Source of the DNA: Ruditapes philippinarum
Taxonomy: Eukaryota
Assembly (NCBI RefSeq): GCF_026571515.1
Contig: NW_026858936.1
Span: 62,001-126,000, forward strand
Reading direction: 5' to 3'
DNA length: 64,000 nt
The position numbers and the translations under genes are program-made. Below, in pieces: positions 53,501 to 64,000 of the stretch. The notes under the pieces are model-generated. The model saw nothing but the letters and a program-made list of their open reading frames with translations, had not been told where the DNA came from and ran no database searches. Each line of letters starts with the position of its first letter. Position 1 is the first letter of the stretch.

Positions 53501-56500
53501 AGTTAATGAAGTCAGAATTATGAACTGCGTTTTTTGTTATGAAAGGTTTATTTTACATGTTTTAACTTATAGTTTTTCTTTTGTTTCATAGATAGGTCAC
53601 TTGTAAGGCGACTGGAAATCCGGTTTTAATCAATAGTTTTACAAGCTTCCTACTCAATCCGTAAATTTTATTTTATGTAATTTATTATGTAAATGTGTGG
53701 ATTATCAATAAAATATTGTTTAAACTTAACTAATCAATAGTTCAGTATAATGTTACAATGTTACTCTTTTATTTAATTTATAGGAAAAAAATCAATGCAT
53801 TCATGAAAACTAATCTTTATGAGTATCTGAATCATAATTAGCAAATGTTTCCTGAAACCAAAAGAATTATCAAGTAATTGGCACTTTTTTATACTATTTT
53901 AAATAAGACACACTATTCAGCATAAAGATCCCGGTAGTAAAATAACAACTTGGGAATCACAGGGCCAAACAAAATGTCTAATGCTTATTGATTTAACAAA
54001 GCTTTGATAGCTAAAGTAAAGTCCTCTACCCAAGACAAAACATGACCATCAGAAATAACGAAAATGGTTTCAGACTGACGGTAGAAAACATCGGGAGCAT
54101 TTAAAACAAACATGACATCCGAACGTTCTCGAGCGCACACAAGTTCATAAAAAGATGACATAAACATTGTTCTCACAAAGAATTATAAAGCGTATTTATC
54201 AATATAAACAACAATAAGGCAACATGTCTCATATCTTTTTTGTGCTGTCATGTATTTAAGTTAATCTGATGTTAAACTAAATGACAGATATGTGCTTACA
54301 TTGACAACTGTCCGTTGTTTAGAAAGGGCGACAACCAAGATTAATGGAGATGTCTATACGCCGGTGAGCCGGCATAGGTACGTTGTTGCTGCTCGTCATT
54401 ATGCAAAGAGACTCTCGAATGCATAATGTTATGACTTTTTTTGGCAAACTAGCCAAACCGTTCCATTTATTTATATACATTTTTATTTTCCTGGCCCTTT
54501 ATAATATATTACGCATAGGTTGAACCGGACTGTAACAGTAGCGCGCGACTCTGTTAACACATGGTTTTAGTCCCGTAAAACAAGGACAAAAAAGGGGAAA
54601 ATAGCCGATTTTATGCTATAATGGTTGAATATAACACAATTTTGCAGACTTAATTATTACATAATAGCTTTACCTTTTGCGTAAGGATTTCCAGTACTTG
54701 ACTTGCAACACCACAACAAAAGGTAGTATTTCTTTTTGTTATCACTGATAACATCTCAGAACATTTTCGCTCATTTTGACCGTCGATTATTTTGTCAAAA
54801 GGCAGACACATCTGTTGTTGTTTGGAAACTGCTATTTTGCTCCTCAAATGCCTTCGGTATACAGTTAATGAAGTCAGAATGATGATCTGCCCAGCGGCAA
54901 TAATGACCAATACAGCTAAACATAGTTTTTGCCGCTGTAATGTTTAAAAATATAAAGAAATCATGTTTAACTACAAACATGCCACTTTAATTAGATATAT
55001 AAATAAATACACTTAAATATACTAAACAGATATTGTTAATATTAAGAAACCTTTAAAGCTTAATATTAATTATCTATTCTTTAAACACTAACTCTTGTAT
55101 TAAAATATAATCTGACGATGTTTTATGATACAAATACACAAAAAAAAATAAATAAAGAATCCCTAAAGAAAGCCCAACACGACAAAATTGAAAATGTTGC
55201 AGGCTCGGTTTGATTGAGCCTGTTCATGGACGGTACTGGAAAGTGCAAGTTACCGTCCACGCCCCCTTGCACCGGCTTAAGCAGAATTCAACATTTAAAC
55301 ATGAAATAGTAAAATTTTGAATTTAGAAACATCCGCAGATGTGTTCATACGGCGGTTATCATGGAACCTTCAATGTGACACAGTAGTGCTGCCATTCCAT
55401 GAAAAGCGGCGTATGGTCCCCAATTAAAAAAATACGTGTGCCCTAAACGAGAAAACAATGGGCGGAACTAAATAAAATGGAATTTTGAAAGGGATCAGAG
55501 GTTATGAAGCCTGCGTATCACAGATAAGACGTCAAAAGACAAATTTAAAAAGCAGGCAACATATCCTAAGGGTGATTCAACATTATTCAAGTAGGAATAT
55601 TGGAACCACCCAACTAGAAAATGCCGAAAAATTGAAACTAAATATACCACAAGCACAACAATAATGTCGTGCTGAACGATCTTCAAGGATCGAAAATATA
55701 TCATCATTGATTAAATGTACGGGGAGACTTTTTACAGCCGCCACACGGCACAAACAACACGGATGTGATCATAAAATAGATAAATACAGAATCCCTAAAG
55801 AAAGCCCAACACGACAAAATTGAAAATGTTGCAGGCTCGGTTTGATTGAGCCTGTTCATGGACGGTACACAAGTCATTAAAAAGAAAACACAAAAGAAAA
55901 GTTGACTTGCAAACTGTTCCCCCTTTTTTGTTCAATCGAATTTAAAGTGAGAAATGTTCTCTCATTGGCAAATTTCAATAACAGAAATAAGATTTTCTTG
56001 AGAGACATAATTGTTATGATGGGCAGGTTAAAAAGATGGAAATTTCCATTTCTTTAAAAACAACCCTACATGTAAACATTGTTCTTTTTTCAAATGTTGA
56101 TATAAAAAGATGTATTTATGTCACAGTTGTTTTTTAAACTTTTTTAAAAATCATTCTGCTGTTATCTTATGACTCACTCCACACACCTCCCTCCCTTAAA
56201 AATATTCATTGAATATGTGACCAACACAAACTAAAGATATCTCTATTTCCACTAATATAAACAATACCTAAAGTATTTTAGTTCATAAATTTCATTTTAA
56301 ATGTTATAAAATAGAGAAAAACAGAATCGCTAAATAAAGCCCAGCACAATAAAATTAAAAATGTTGCAGACTCGGGTTGATTTAGCCTGTTCATGTACGG
56401 TACTGGAAACTGCAAGTTACCGTCCACGCCCCCTTGCACCGGCTTAAGCAAAATTCAACATTTAAACACGAAAATGTTAACACACCTTTTAAAAAGTCAC

Positions 56501-58078
56501 AGCTATTTTCTTAATAATAAAAATCGATCTGCATCGCAAAAATATGTGAAGAATGAAAATGTGTCTGTTTTCCGCTGAAACATTGACAATTCTAGTTGTT
56601 GCTGAATTGATTTATATAAAATAAAATATTATTGTTCTTTTTTTTTCATTGGCTACTTCATCGTGCATCTTGTAACAAAATTCAAATTTGTTATTCAAGA
56701 CAAAGTTTCACCGTGGTTGATAACCAATTTTGGCGTTTTGAAGACAAAATTTACTTGTTTTTATTTGACATGTCCATTGTAATGTTTGTCAATATCTAAC
56801 AAATTTCTTTTAAGAAAAATTTAAAGCGTTTTATCTACTGTCTTATGGCGTTAAAAGCCGTCATACTGTATTTCTATACGACGAATTCGCATTCTCCGAT
56901 CGATATTATTTTCAGCTTTCGAGCGTCTTTCAGAGGTTTTAACATCGATTGCATAGATGAACAAATTGAAATCAAATTGATGATGGTAATTGTGAATTTT
57001 TCATCATATTTCGTTGAAATTTAAGCATCTTTTTAGATTGTAAAAAGGCCGATATTCGACGTCAATTTATTGAAGTGCAATATGGCAACAATTGCGCGGT
57101 TCAACACCACTATAATGAATGGAAATTTCACGCAGAATTGGATATTGCATATGGTGGCATATTTCTGCCACCACCTAACCTGATAACTAAGTAGTTAATT
57201 AAGAGGTTAACTAGTTACATAACTTGTTAACCTCTTAAATAACTAGTTAGTTATCAGGTTAACTAGTTACGTAACTAGTTAATTTTTTCAATAAATAAAA
57301 GATCACAACGGGAAATAAATGCCTACAACTGTCATCCTTTTATTATTTAACCAGCTTAATATTAAGTGGTTAACTAGTTACGTAACTAGTTAACCTCTTA
57401 ATTAACTAGTTAATTAATAGGTTAACTAGTAAATTAATAGGTTAACTAGTTATGTAAATACGTAACTAGTTAATCACTTAACTAAATAGTTAGTTAAGAG
57501 GTTAGCTTGTTACGTAACCAGTCAATCTCTTTATTAACTAGTTAGTTAATAGGTTAACTAGTAACGTAAATACATAACTAGTTAATCACTTAACTAACTA
57601 GTTAATTAAGAGGTTAACTAGTTAATCACTTAACTAACTAGTTAATTAAGAGGTTAACTAGTTAATTAATAGGTTAACTAGTTACGTAAATACGTAACTA
57701 GTTAATCACTTAACTAAATAGTTAGTTAAGAGGTTAGCTTGTTACGTAACCAGTCAATCTCTTAATTAACTAGTTAGTTAATAGGTTAACTAGTAACGTA
57801 AATACGTAACTAGTTAGTCACTTAACTAACTAGTTAATTAATTGTAGTCGCCCGACTTTGAATTTTACTCGCCTGGGCGATCGGACGCGTGCTAATTTCG
57901 ATTTGCTTAATCCTTGTCAGTTATTTAAGCGAGCGGATTATCTTATATCTTTTTCAAAATATAAATTAAATATAATATGGTTTATACGCAGATTTTTCCG
58001 CTATTTTTTCAAATTGACCTAAATCATTGCAGCTATGTATTATAACAAGTTATAACTTACTTTTAAAGTTAATTCCAT
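47563..58078 (-). CDS. TNF-superfamily ligand (type II membrane protein), 5 coding exons (~275 aa)
   Basis: Exons 58061-58078 (MELTLK|gtaagt), 54674-54934 (TM LCLAVLVIIAAGQIIILTSLTVY), 53042-53078, 48535-48633 and 47563-47975. Phases are compatible; 828 nt. TNF homology domain motifs: IYW, IAVLKSGFYHISTQLTF, AAFKLEKGDKVFV. The 18-nt first exon is the least certain. Confidence 0.85.
48165..48245 (-). mobile_element. Degenerate tRNA-derived SINE head
   Basis: Minus strand GGTTGAGCA...GTGGGCTCGATCCC resembles a Pol III A/B-box arrangement; no intact cloverleaf. Confidence 0.35.
48741..49230 (+). mobile_element. Degraded HINE-type element with decayed tandem repeats
   Basis: CCCTAGCCGAAAAGGG head, GTCC-like tract and repeated gaaacttcat/aactctac/gttatt motifs. 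Confidence 0.45.
49531..50170. mobile_element. GC-rich MITE with 21-bp subrepeats (possibly PIF/Harbinger-like), one end missing
   Basis: AAGCTGCGGTCTCACT start; GGCAGAGCCCCGGT.GA.CCA units on the left and inverted GGGCTCT.CCGG units on the right. Confidence 0.55.
50171..52773. mobile_element. Long-TIR (foldback) element in TNF intron 3 with a nested HINE
   Basis: 50171-50393 (GAGCGGAAGGCCGATTTAAAC...) is the inverted copy of 52481-52703 (...GTTTAAATCGGCCTTCCGCTC). The left tip appears lost at the junction with the GC-rich MITE. Confidence 0.65.
50759..51374 (+). mobile_element. Helentron-associated (HINE) element with ~170-bp tandem repeats
   Basis: SubTIRs TGTGTCGCCTC (50763-50773) and GAGGCGACACA (51340-51350), 5' inverted repeat GGCGACA, (GTCT/GTCC)n, repeated ccggactactcctcat units, 3' GTGATC..GATCGC hairpin and CTTGTT end. 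Confidence 0.75.
53370..53528 (-). pseudogene. Dead duplicate of TNF exon 2 (pseudo-exon)
   Basis: Similar to 54730-54890 but truncated at both ends, with TAG in place of the Leu codon in QQQMCL. Confidence 0.85.
53815..53851 (-). pseudogene. Duplicate of TNF exon 3 with mutated donor site
   Basis: tttcag|GAAACATTTGCTAATTATGATTCAGATACTCATAAAG|attag vs the intact copy ...AATCCAG|gttag at 53042-53078. Confidence 0.8.
55156..56473. repeat. Three direct copies of a ~150-bp structured repeat (55156-55306, 55788-55868 partial, 56323-56473)
   Basis: Shared agaatccctaaagaaagcccaacacgacaaaattgaaaatgttgcaggctcgg...; contains several internal complementary segments. Confidence 0.85.
57180..57842. repeat. 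Palindromic satellite-like array (GGTTAACTAGTTACGTAACTAGTTAACC modules)
   Basis: Made almost entirely of overlapping palindromes GTTAAC/ACTAGT/TACGTA/TTAATTAA; higher-order duplication ~57436-57608 vs ~57668-57840. Confidence 0.9.
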
Positions 58079-58948
58079 GATAACTGCAGGTGTGATAGAT
58101 GGTGATCTTTACGACAACAGATAAATATTCATGTTCAGCACTTAAACATTTAAAGGTTACCTTTTTCTTACGTATCAATTTATACAACATGCTGTCGCAT
58201 CATGATCATTTAATACAACATGCTGTCGCATAATGTTGTCCATTTTAAATGAAAAAAAATACTGTCTTAATTTTTTTCTATATTTTTTTTTTTTTTTGTT
58301 TTTTTCTTTTTTTTTTTTTTTTGGTTGTTTATGCTAGCTCTTTTTTTTGAAAAGTTCTATATCACTTAGTGTTTGTATCCAGATTTCACCATGATGTTTG
58401 ATTTTCTGCTTAAATCAGATAACAGAACTTCTATTGTAGAAGTAGCTTACCAAGAAGTGTTTTTATTCTTGATCACATCATTATTTTACTTAATTTGTCT
58501 CGCAATGTGTAAACAAAATTAGTATATTTAAGTTGAATTTAATAATTTTGTTGGTTGAATTCGTTGAGGAATTCATGTTTTGTTTTATTGTCCGAGATAC
58601 AAGATTATCTTTGTCCGACAAAACAAACATTATTAAAGAGCATTTTTGAACACATTACTTATCTAGAAAAGTGAAATTGTTAATACCTTTCCTGTCGTCG
58701 CAATAAGTAAAACCCCTAAAGAATGAGCCAATTAATTAGCATGCTCTTGACAGACAGTGAGTGTTGGTAACTAATACATACACTTCAGTAAACGCACTAT
58801 TGCATGTAATGATATACGATTTAACTCGGACACGTTTGCAATAGTAAAGTCTCCCAAAATATGGTACAACAGTCAGATATATCACATATACATTAATGAC
58901 ATAAAAGTAGTCAGCAACTAAAATTTTTTGATTTTTGCTAACTCCAAA

Positions 58949-58989
<41 letters not shown>

Positions 58990-60685
58990 ATAATATAAAA
59001 ATAAAATAAAAAAATAATAATATAATAATAATGAAATAGATAATTATAAATATAAAACAATCAATAATTACACTTGTGACACAAAAGAAACTAAAATGCC
59101 CATCCCGTTCTTTCAATAATCGATCAGTGTGGCATGCTTCTCCAAAACCATTACAATTCAAGAACAGTCTGAACTTAGTGGCAATATTTTCATGGCGGGA
59201 CAAGTTATTCTACGCACCGTTCAGAGGAACGGAATTTTTTCGAGTACTTCCGAAACAAATTTTTTAAATAAGCGTGTACTTTTGGGAATGCCAGGATAAA
59301 ACAATGTACAAAAGGTTTGTCATCGTCAATATTCGTTCAGATAACTTAGGGAATATCATCTAACAGGGAATTACAATTAGTTTTGCTCAGGGTGAGAGGG
59401 GGCTATTAAAGTGCTATATTAATGAATATCGGCTATGTACAACAATCAGTTATTTGCAGATTTGAAATGTTAGTCACAAATTCAAACAAATATCAAAAAT
59501 CAGTCAGTACTAGCGAGGTCAATATTTTTTTTCCGATTTTTAGATGTATTTCTAATCTAGGCGACCGGTCCACCATGTCAGTTTTCTTGGATAACTAACC
59601 AATGCTAACAAATTTTCCGCAAGTGACAGACTGCTAATCCTACATTCAACTTGTAATGGCGGTGAGACACACATGCCTTTAAAGAAATTTCTCACCAGCT
59701 ACATATTTACATTATAAATTTGATGCTCTCACCAATGAAGTGTGTCTCTTAGCATGCACAATTCCTTCGTGGCTAGTTTAGTTTAATATCTAACAATATC
59801 CTGACAACTAATACACATTCGGTGTATACTGTACCCGTTTATCAAACACAAAATACATTATGCAATCTCGTTGTCTAATTAAATCGCACCGTGTCTTATC
59901 TATTTAAATTAACTTCGGTTAATTCGGTTATATGTAAATTCACGATTCTCTGTGACCAAAATTCAGATACGAATTAAATCCTCTATTAAAACGGCCAAAA
60001 AAAAATGAAAATGTGTTTAATTTTGTTACATATAATTGTATTTCATCTCGTGAGCTTAAAACACAGTATTCTCAGCCTTGGCTCGTGAAGCTTTCTGGAT
60101 GAAATCTTAAACTACAGTAAACAAAAATCTTATGTATTTCATCATTATTTGAAAAAAAGTTTCCTTTTTTTAAAATATCATTTTATTATCAAGGATAAGC
60201 AGTTTAGCGTAAAATATTTCTTTTTTTATTATTAACACAAAATAGAAATTGATACATGGACATATTAACAACACTGCTATACAAATAAGACTGATTATTT
60301 TATGCTCTTTCACAAAGATAATAACATAAGTGTTAACTATAATAAACATGTATTTTATTCAGGGTATAATTGTAAACATCAAATATAATGAGGAGAAAAG
60401 TTTTATAAATTACAACACAGAAGTTTTGTTGACAAGTACAATAAGGTAATGACATATCAAACAGAATTTGTAACTAACACAAGAATAAATACGCTTCTTT
60501 TACGGTTCAGCTGACAAAATATTGCATAAAAATTCTTGTAAATGAAAAACAGAAAATTCCTTTGTGGAATTCATATTGGTTATACATTATTTTTTTATGG
60601 TTTATCGTCCATGATGTGAGGCGATTAAGTAATATCTAAGGAATATATTTTTGCTATAAATTAATAAATGTTTATCAACAAAAAG

Positions 60686-61600
60686 AACAACAACAACAAA
60701 CATTTATTCGCTGTAAGGCATCCGGCCCATGCAAAGAATATATACAATTACAAACATTTTAATAAGGGATAGCATGTGTATGATATTAGGTTATATTTAC
60801 AATACTTGTATGTATGGTTTTCTATTTTCAAATGCATAATGTAAATACATTGCGACAGATCTTTTAAGTTCTTCATTTTTAGTTGACATGATAATATTAA
60901 ATTTATTAATATTGTGTTGAGTAAAAAAATTAAGGTATGTATGCTTCACGTAAGTCAGAATAATATTTACACTTTAACAAGAAATGATATTCATCCTCCA
61001 CAGTATTAGTATCACATAATTTGCATAATAAAAAAATGTTGTAAGCGTAGACTGTGTATAGACGTGATTTTGATGTCCTTATAAAATTCGATAAAGAGTG
61101 GCCTTTAAATGTGTTGTTGGAATAAATGTTTATCAAAGATACACTCCTGTTCGTTTTGGCATTTGCCGGGTTACTTCCTTTATGTATTGGAACAATAATA
61201 AACCCACTCATTGGGGTATTCTCCTGTTAGCAAGTGTATATTTTATTGAATTATTTTTATTTAAATATTTCTGTGTTTCTATCCCACTACTTTTCATTAT
61301 TGTATTGTGAAAGTTCTGCTTAAGCTTATGCAAATCCAACATACATTTTCCTTCTATATAAATCTTCATTTATAATATTTTGATTATAAGATTCTATTTG
61401 TTGTATCAGTAATATACAGTGTTTTCAAATGTTCATAGACCTCTTTAGGTTATATTTTTCACATTTTGGTTAATTTTGTTAAATTCCTTACTTTTTTGAA
61501 TTCAGCTCCAACGGTGCTACAGTTAGCATTGTATCATGTTAAGCACTGTTCGTGTTGTTCAAAGTTTTACCCAAAATATCTTTTGAAAAATCGCTTATTA
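60686..61600 (-). mobile_element. Internally deleted non-LTR retrotransposon (CR1/L2/RTE-X-like) fragment
   Basis: Remnants of the pre-RT motif (GFIIVPIHKGS..N.R.VSL) lie next to the C-terminal CKLC..EDEYHFLLKC..Y motif; the 3' end has AATAAA and a (TTG)n tail at 60686-60707. Upper boundary approximate. Confidence 0.7.
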
Positions 61601-62294
61601 TCTTAATGATAGTTTGTGCGAGGAAGTTAATATTTTCATTTTGTATAATTTTATCAGTTTGTATTAATATATCTCCCCATTTTTGATAAAAGCATTATAG
61701 AAATTGAGAAATTTTCGTTTCGTCAAGTGTGTATTTAATAAGACTGATGCCCTCCACAGAAAGGATAACGTCATAGAGAAGTCCACGGTAGGTTTTATCG
61801 AAAATAAAACTTTTGATAATGCTATGCTCAATTCTGCCCCTTAAATGTTTAGAGATGAAGAGGTATAAAGATCTTTAGATTTCGCTCTTGAGAAACTTTC
61901 ATTTCATATAGAATTTCAACGATATACAGTGTCTTTAAGAGCTGCATGCTGAATTACTCTTACAAAATGTTGCTACTAATGGTATTGATTCTGCATTACT
62001 GTCTTAAAACGTGGTACTTCTACTGCATTACCTGGCAGTACTTTCGTTTTGATAAAAATGTCATCAGGTTTTCTCTTTGTGTTTACTAGTAAAGAAAAAG
62101 CAAGATAAACACTATTAATTGCTTCTATTCTAAATAATTCTATATCAACTGATATGTTAGCACCATAAAAAGTTTTTATTTACTTTGGTATGAATTGAAC
62201 AGAAGTGTGAATGTGTGAAGGGCACAACAGACTGTTGGGTTTTAAATGAAAGGTGATTGCATTGTATTACAGTTGACTGGTTACTGAATAATTC

Positions 62295-63123
62295 AATTCA
62301 AGGTCATTGAACCTTCGAAGTATTAGGGCCTACAGCCCATGGCTTGTCAATCTATTAATCGAAAACAGTTTTAACCTACCAGGCAAATATGACCTTGATC
62401 TTTAACCCGTTGACCCCAAGGCGATAGGGGTCATCTACTGGTCAAGTCCAATGCACCTACGAGGTTTGCGGGACAACAGCTCATGGATAGTCAAGTTGTT
62501 GATCGGAAACCGTTTTTACCAACAAGGTCAGTGTGACATTGACCTTTGATCCCAAAATCAATAGAGGTCATCAACTGGTCATGAATAATCATCACACCAA
62601 GTTTAAGGTTCCTAGGCCTAAGTGCTCTTTAGTTATCCGTTTTTACTTTTAAGGTAAGTGTGACCTTTGAACCTCTGATCCCAAAATCATAAGGAGTCAT
62701 CTACTGGTCATGAACAATCATCATACTAAGTTTGAAGTTCGAAGGCGTAAGCGCTCTTTAGTTATTGATCGGAAATCTTTTTTACCTACAAGGTCAGTGT
62801 GCCCTTGACTTTTGACGCATTGATCCCAAAATCAATAGGGGTCATCAACTGGTCATGTTCACTCATCATACTAAATTTGAACTTCCAAGGCCTACGGGTT
62901 CTTTAGTTATTGATCGGAAACCGTTTTTATCTACAACGGCCTTTGAACCGTTGATCCTAAAATCAGTGGGGTTCATCTACTGGTCATATACAATCATCAT
63001 ACTAAGTTTGAAGTTCCTAGGTCTAAGTGTTCTTAAGCTATTGATTGGAAACCATTTGGTCTACGGACCGACCAATAAACCGACAGACAAATGCAAAGCA
63101 AAATACCCCAACTTCTTTGAAGA
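62295..63123 (-). mobile_element. HINE-type element with ~120-135-bp tandem repeats (TGACCTTTGA.CCCAAAATCAATAGG), reverse orientation
   Basis: About 5-6 diverged monomers, then a GACC/GACA microsatellite and an ATACCCC head near 63065-63120. Confidence 0.7.
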
Positions 63124-63734
63124 TAGTCTTTCAAAACATATGTCTTTTTGGTTTTATTTTATGCTATTCCTGATTAAAAAATATTGAAACTCTTATTTCT
63201 TTAAATCATGATTTTAATAGAGCAGATAACTCCTACAGCTTGTCAAATCACGACTATAAGAGTTTAGTTATCAATATCGAAAGAAAACCTTGCGTATTAT
63301 TTGTTTAATAAACAGGAGGTGATAACGTTATACTGCTGTTTCTTTCGTCAATAGCGTGTGTCATTGAATTCTTAATATATCATTTTAATCACGAGAGCTC
63401 TATTCGACGGAGAGCATGCTTTTCGTCGCGATCGTATAGTATATCATCATTTACAATTTGGAGTTAATTCAAAAGAGTTCCATTTTGGTACCCTATACCA
63501 AATAATCCCTAAAGTATGTAACATTGCTGCTGCATGACTATGCGTTTTATGGCATGACAACAAGAAATAATAATGTCGACCTTGGAACTGACAAACTGTT
63601 GAAAGTAAGCGACATCTGCATTTCTATATAATACATGAAACTTTTTACATTATATGTTTTCAAAATTATCATTAAAGTGTACCTATACCAAGTACCAATT
63701 TGACGGCATTTATGTCGAATCAGTTTTCTATAAA

Positions 63735-64000
63735 TTAGTCTTCTAAACGATGGATGCTAAAATGACTTTTTTCATCGTAAAGCAAAAGCTTGGGATGCGA
63801 TGTTTCTACATAAAGCATGTCTCCTCTTCCTAGCATGAAAGATGCTCCAGTATATACAGTTCCCTCTGAATGCCCCGTTGCTAGCTCACATGGAGTGTTT
63901 CTACCTTCATAAATGTTCATTGGTGACTTCTCTGCGGTCTTAAGATGTAAACTGTATGTAAATAGATTACTTGCAACAGCTGCATCCGTTTGTTCACAAT
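63735..64000 (-). CDS. Second TNF-superfamily ligand, partial last exon (gene continues beyond the window)
   Basis: Frame is open to the window edge: ...NLFTYSLHLKT..NIYEGRNTPCE...TVYTGASFMLGRGDMLYVETSHPKLL..SHFSIHRL, matching the C-terminal strands of a TNF homology domain. Confidence 0.8.
   Translation of the reverse strand, partial: CEQTDAAVASNLFTYSLHLKTAEKSPMNIYEGRNTPCELATGHSEGTVYTGASFMLGRGDMLYVETSHPKLLLYDEKSHFSIHRLED

Noticed and set aside
58736-59203. 155-aa hydrophobic ORF
   Set aside because: Derived from poly-A and AT-rich low-complexity sequence.
62005-62075. Hammerhead-like CTGATGA...CGAAA on the minus strand with an adjacent TACTGC/GCAGTA stem
   Set aside because: Stem II is weak and lacks the closing G-C pair, and there is no correctly placed UH cleavage triplet.
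62855-63187. 110-aa ORF
   Set aside because: Lies in the tandem monomers of a HINE-type element.

Overview
AT-rich, intron-containing animal genomic DNA. The repeat types and tandem TNF genes suggest a bivalve mollusc, but that is an inference. I reconstructed the following by hand from GT-AG splice sites and reading-frame continuity: a complete 15-exon MCM7 gene (minus, ~722 aa); a divergently transcribed 9-exon Gfo/Idh/MocA myo-inositol-2-dehydrogenase-like gene (plus, ~385 aa, possible mitochondrial presequence); an orphan single-pass membrane protein with a LAT-like CxxC/tyrosine-motif layout (minus); two tandem orphan rhodopsin-class GPCR paralogues (one intact, one pseudogene); an intron-containing DD34E Tc1 transposase; a 5-exon TNF-superfamily ligand (minus, ~275 aa) built from complementary halves of an internal exon duplication; and the 3' end of a second TNF ligand. 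Introns and intergenic DNA are packed with non-autonomous elements: a P/Galileo-like foldback with an 8-bp TSD inside MCM7, other foldbacks, Kolobok-like MITEs, Helentron-type satellite-bearing elements and LINE fragments. There is also a palindromic satellite and a triplicated repeat that can fold into a pseudoknot. I cannot confidently claim a new biological system. The best leads are the LAT-like adaptor, the mosaic TNF gene, the structured repeat and the long intronic dsRNA-forming foldback.
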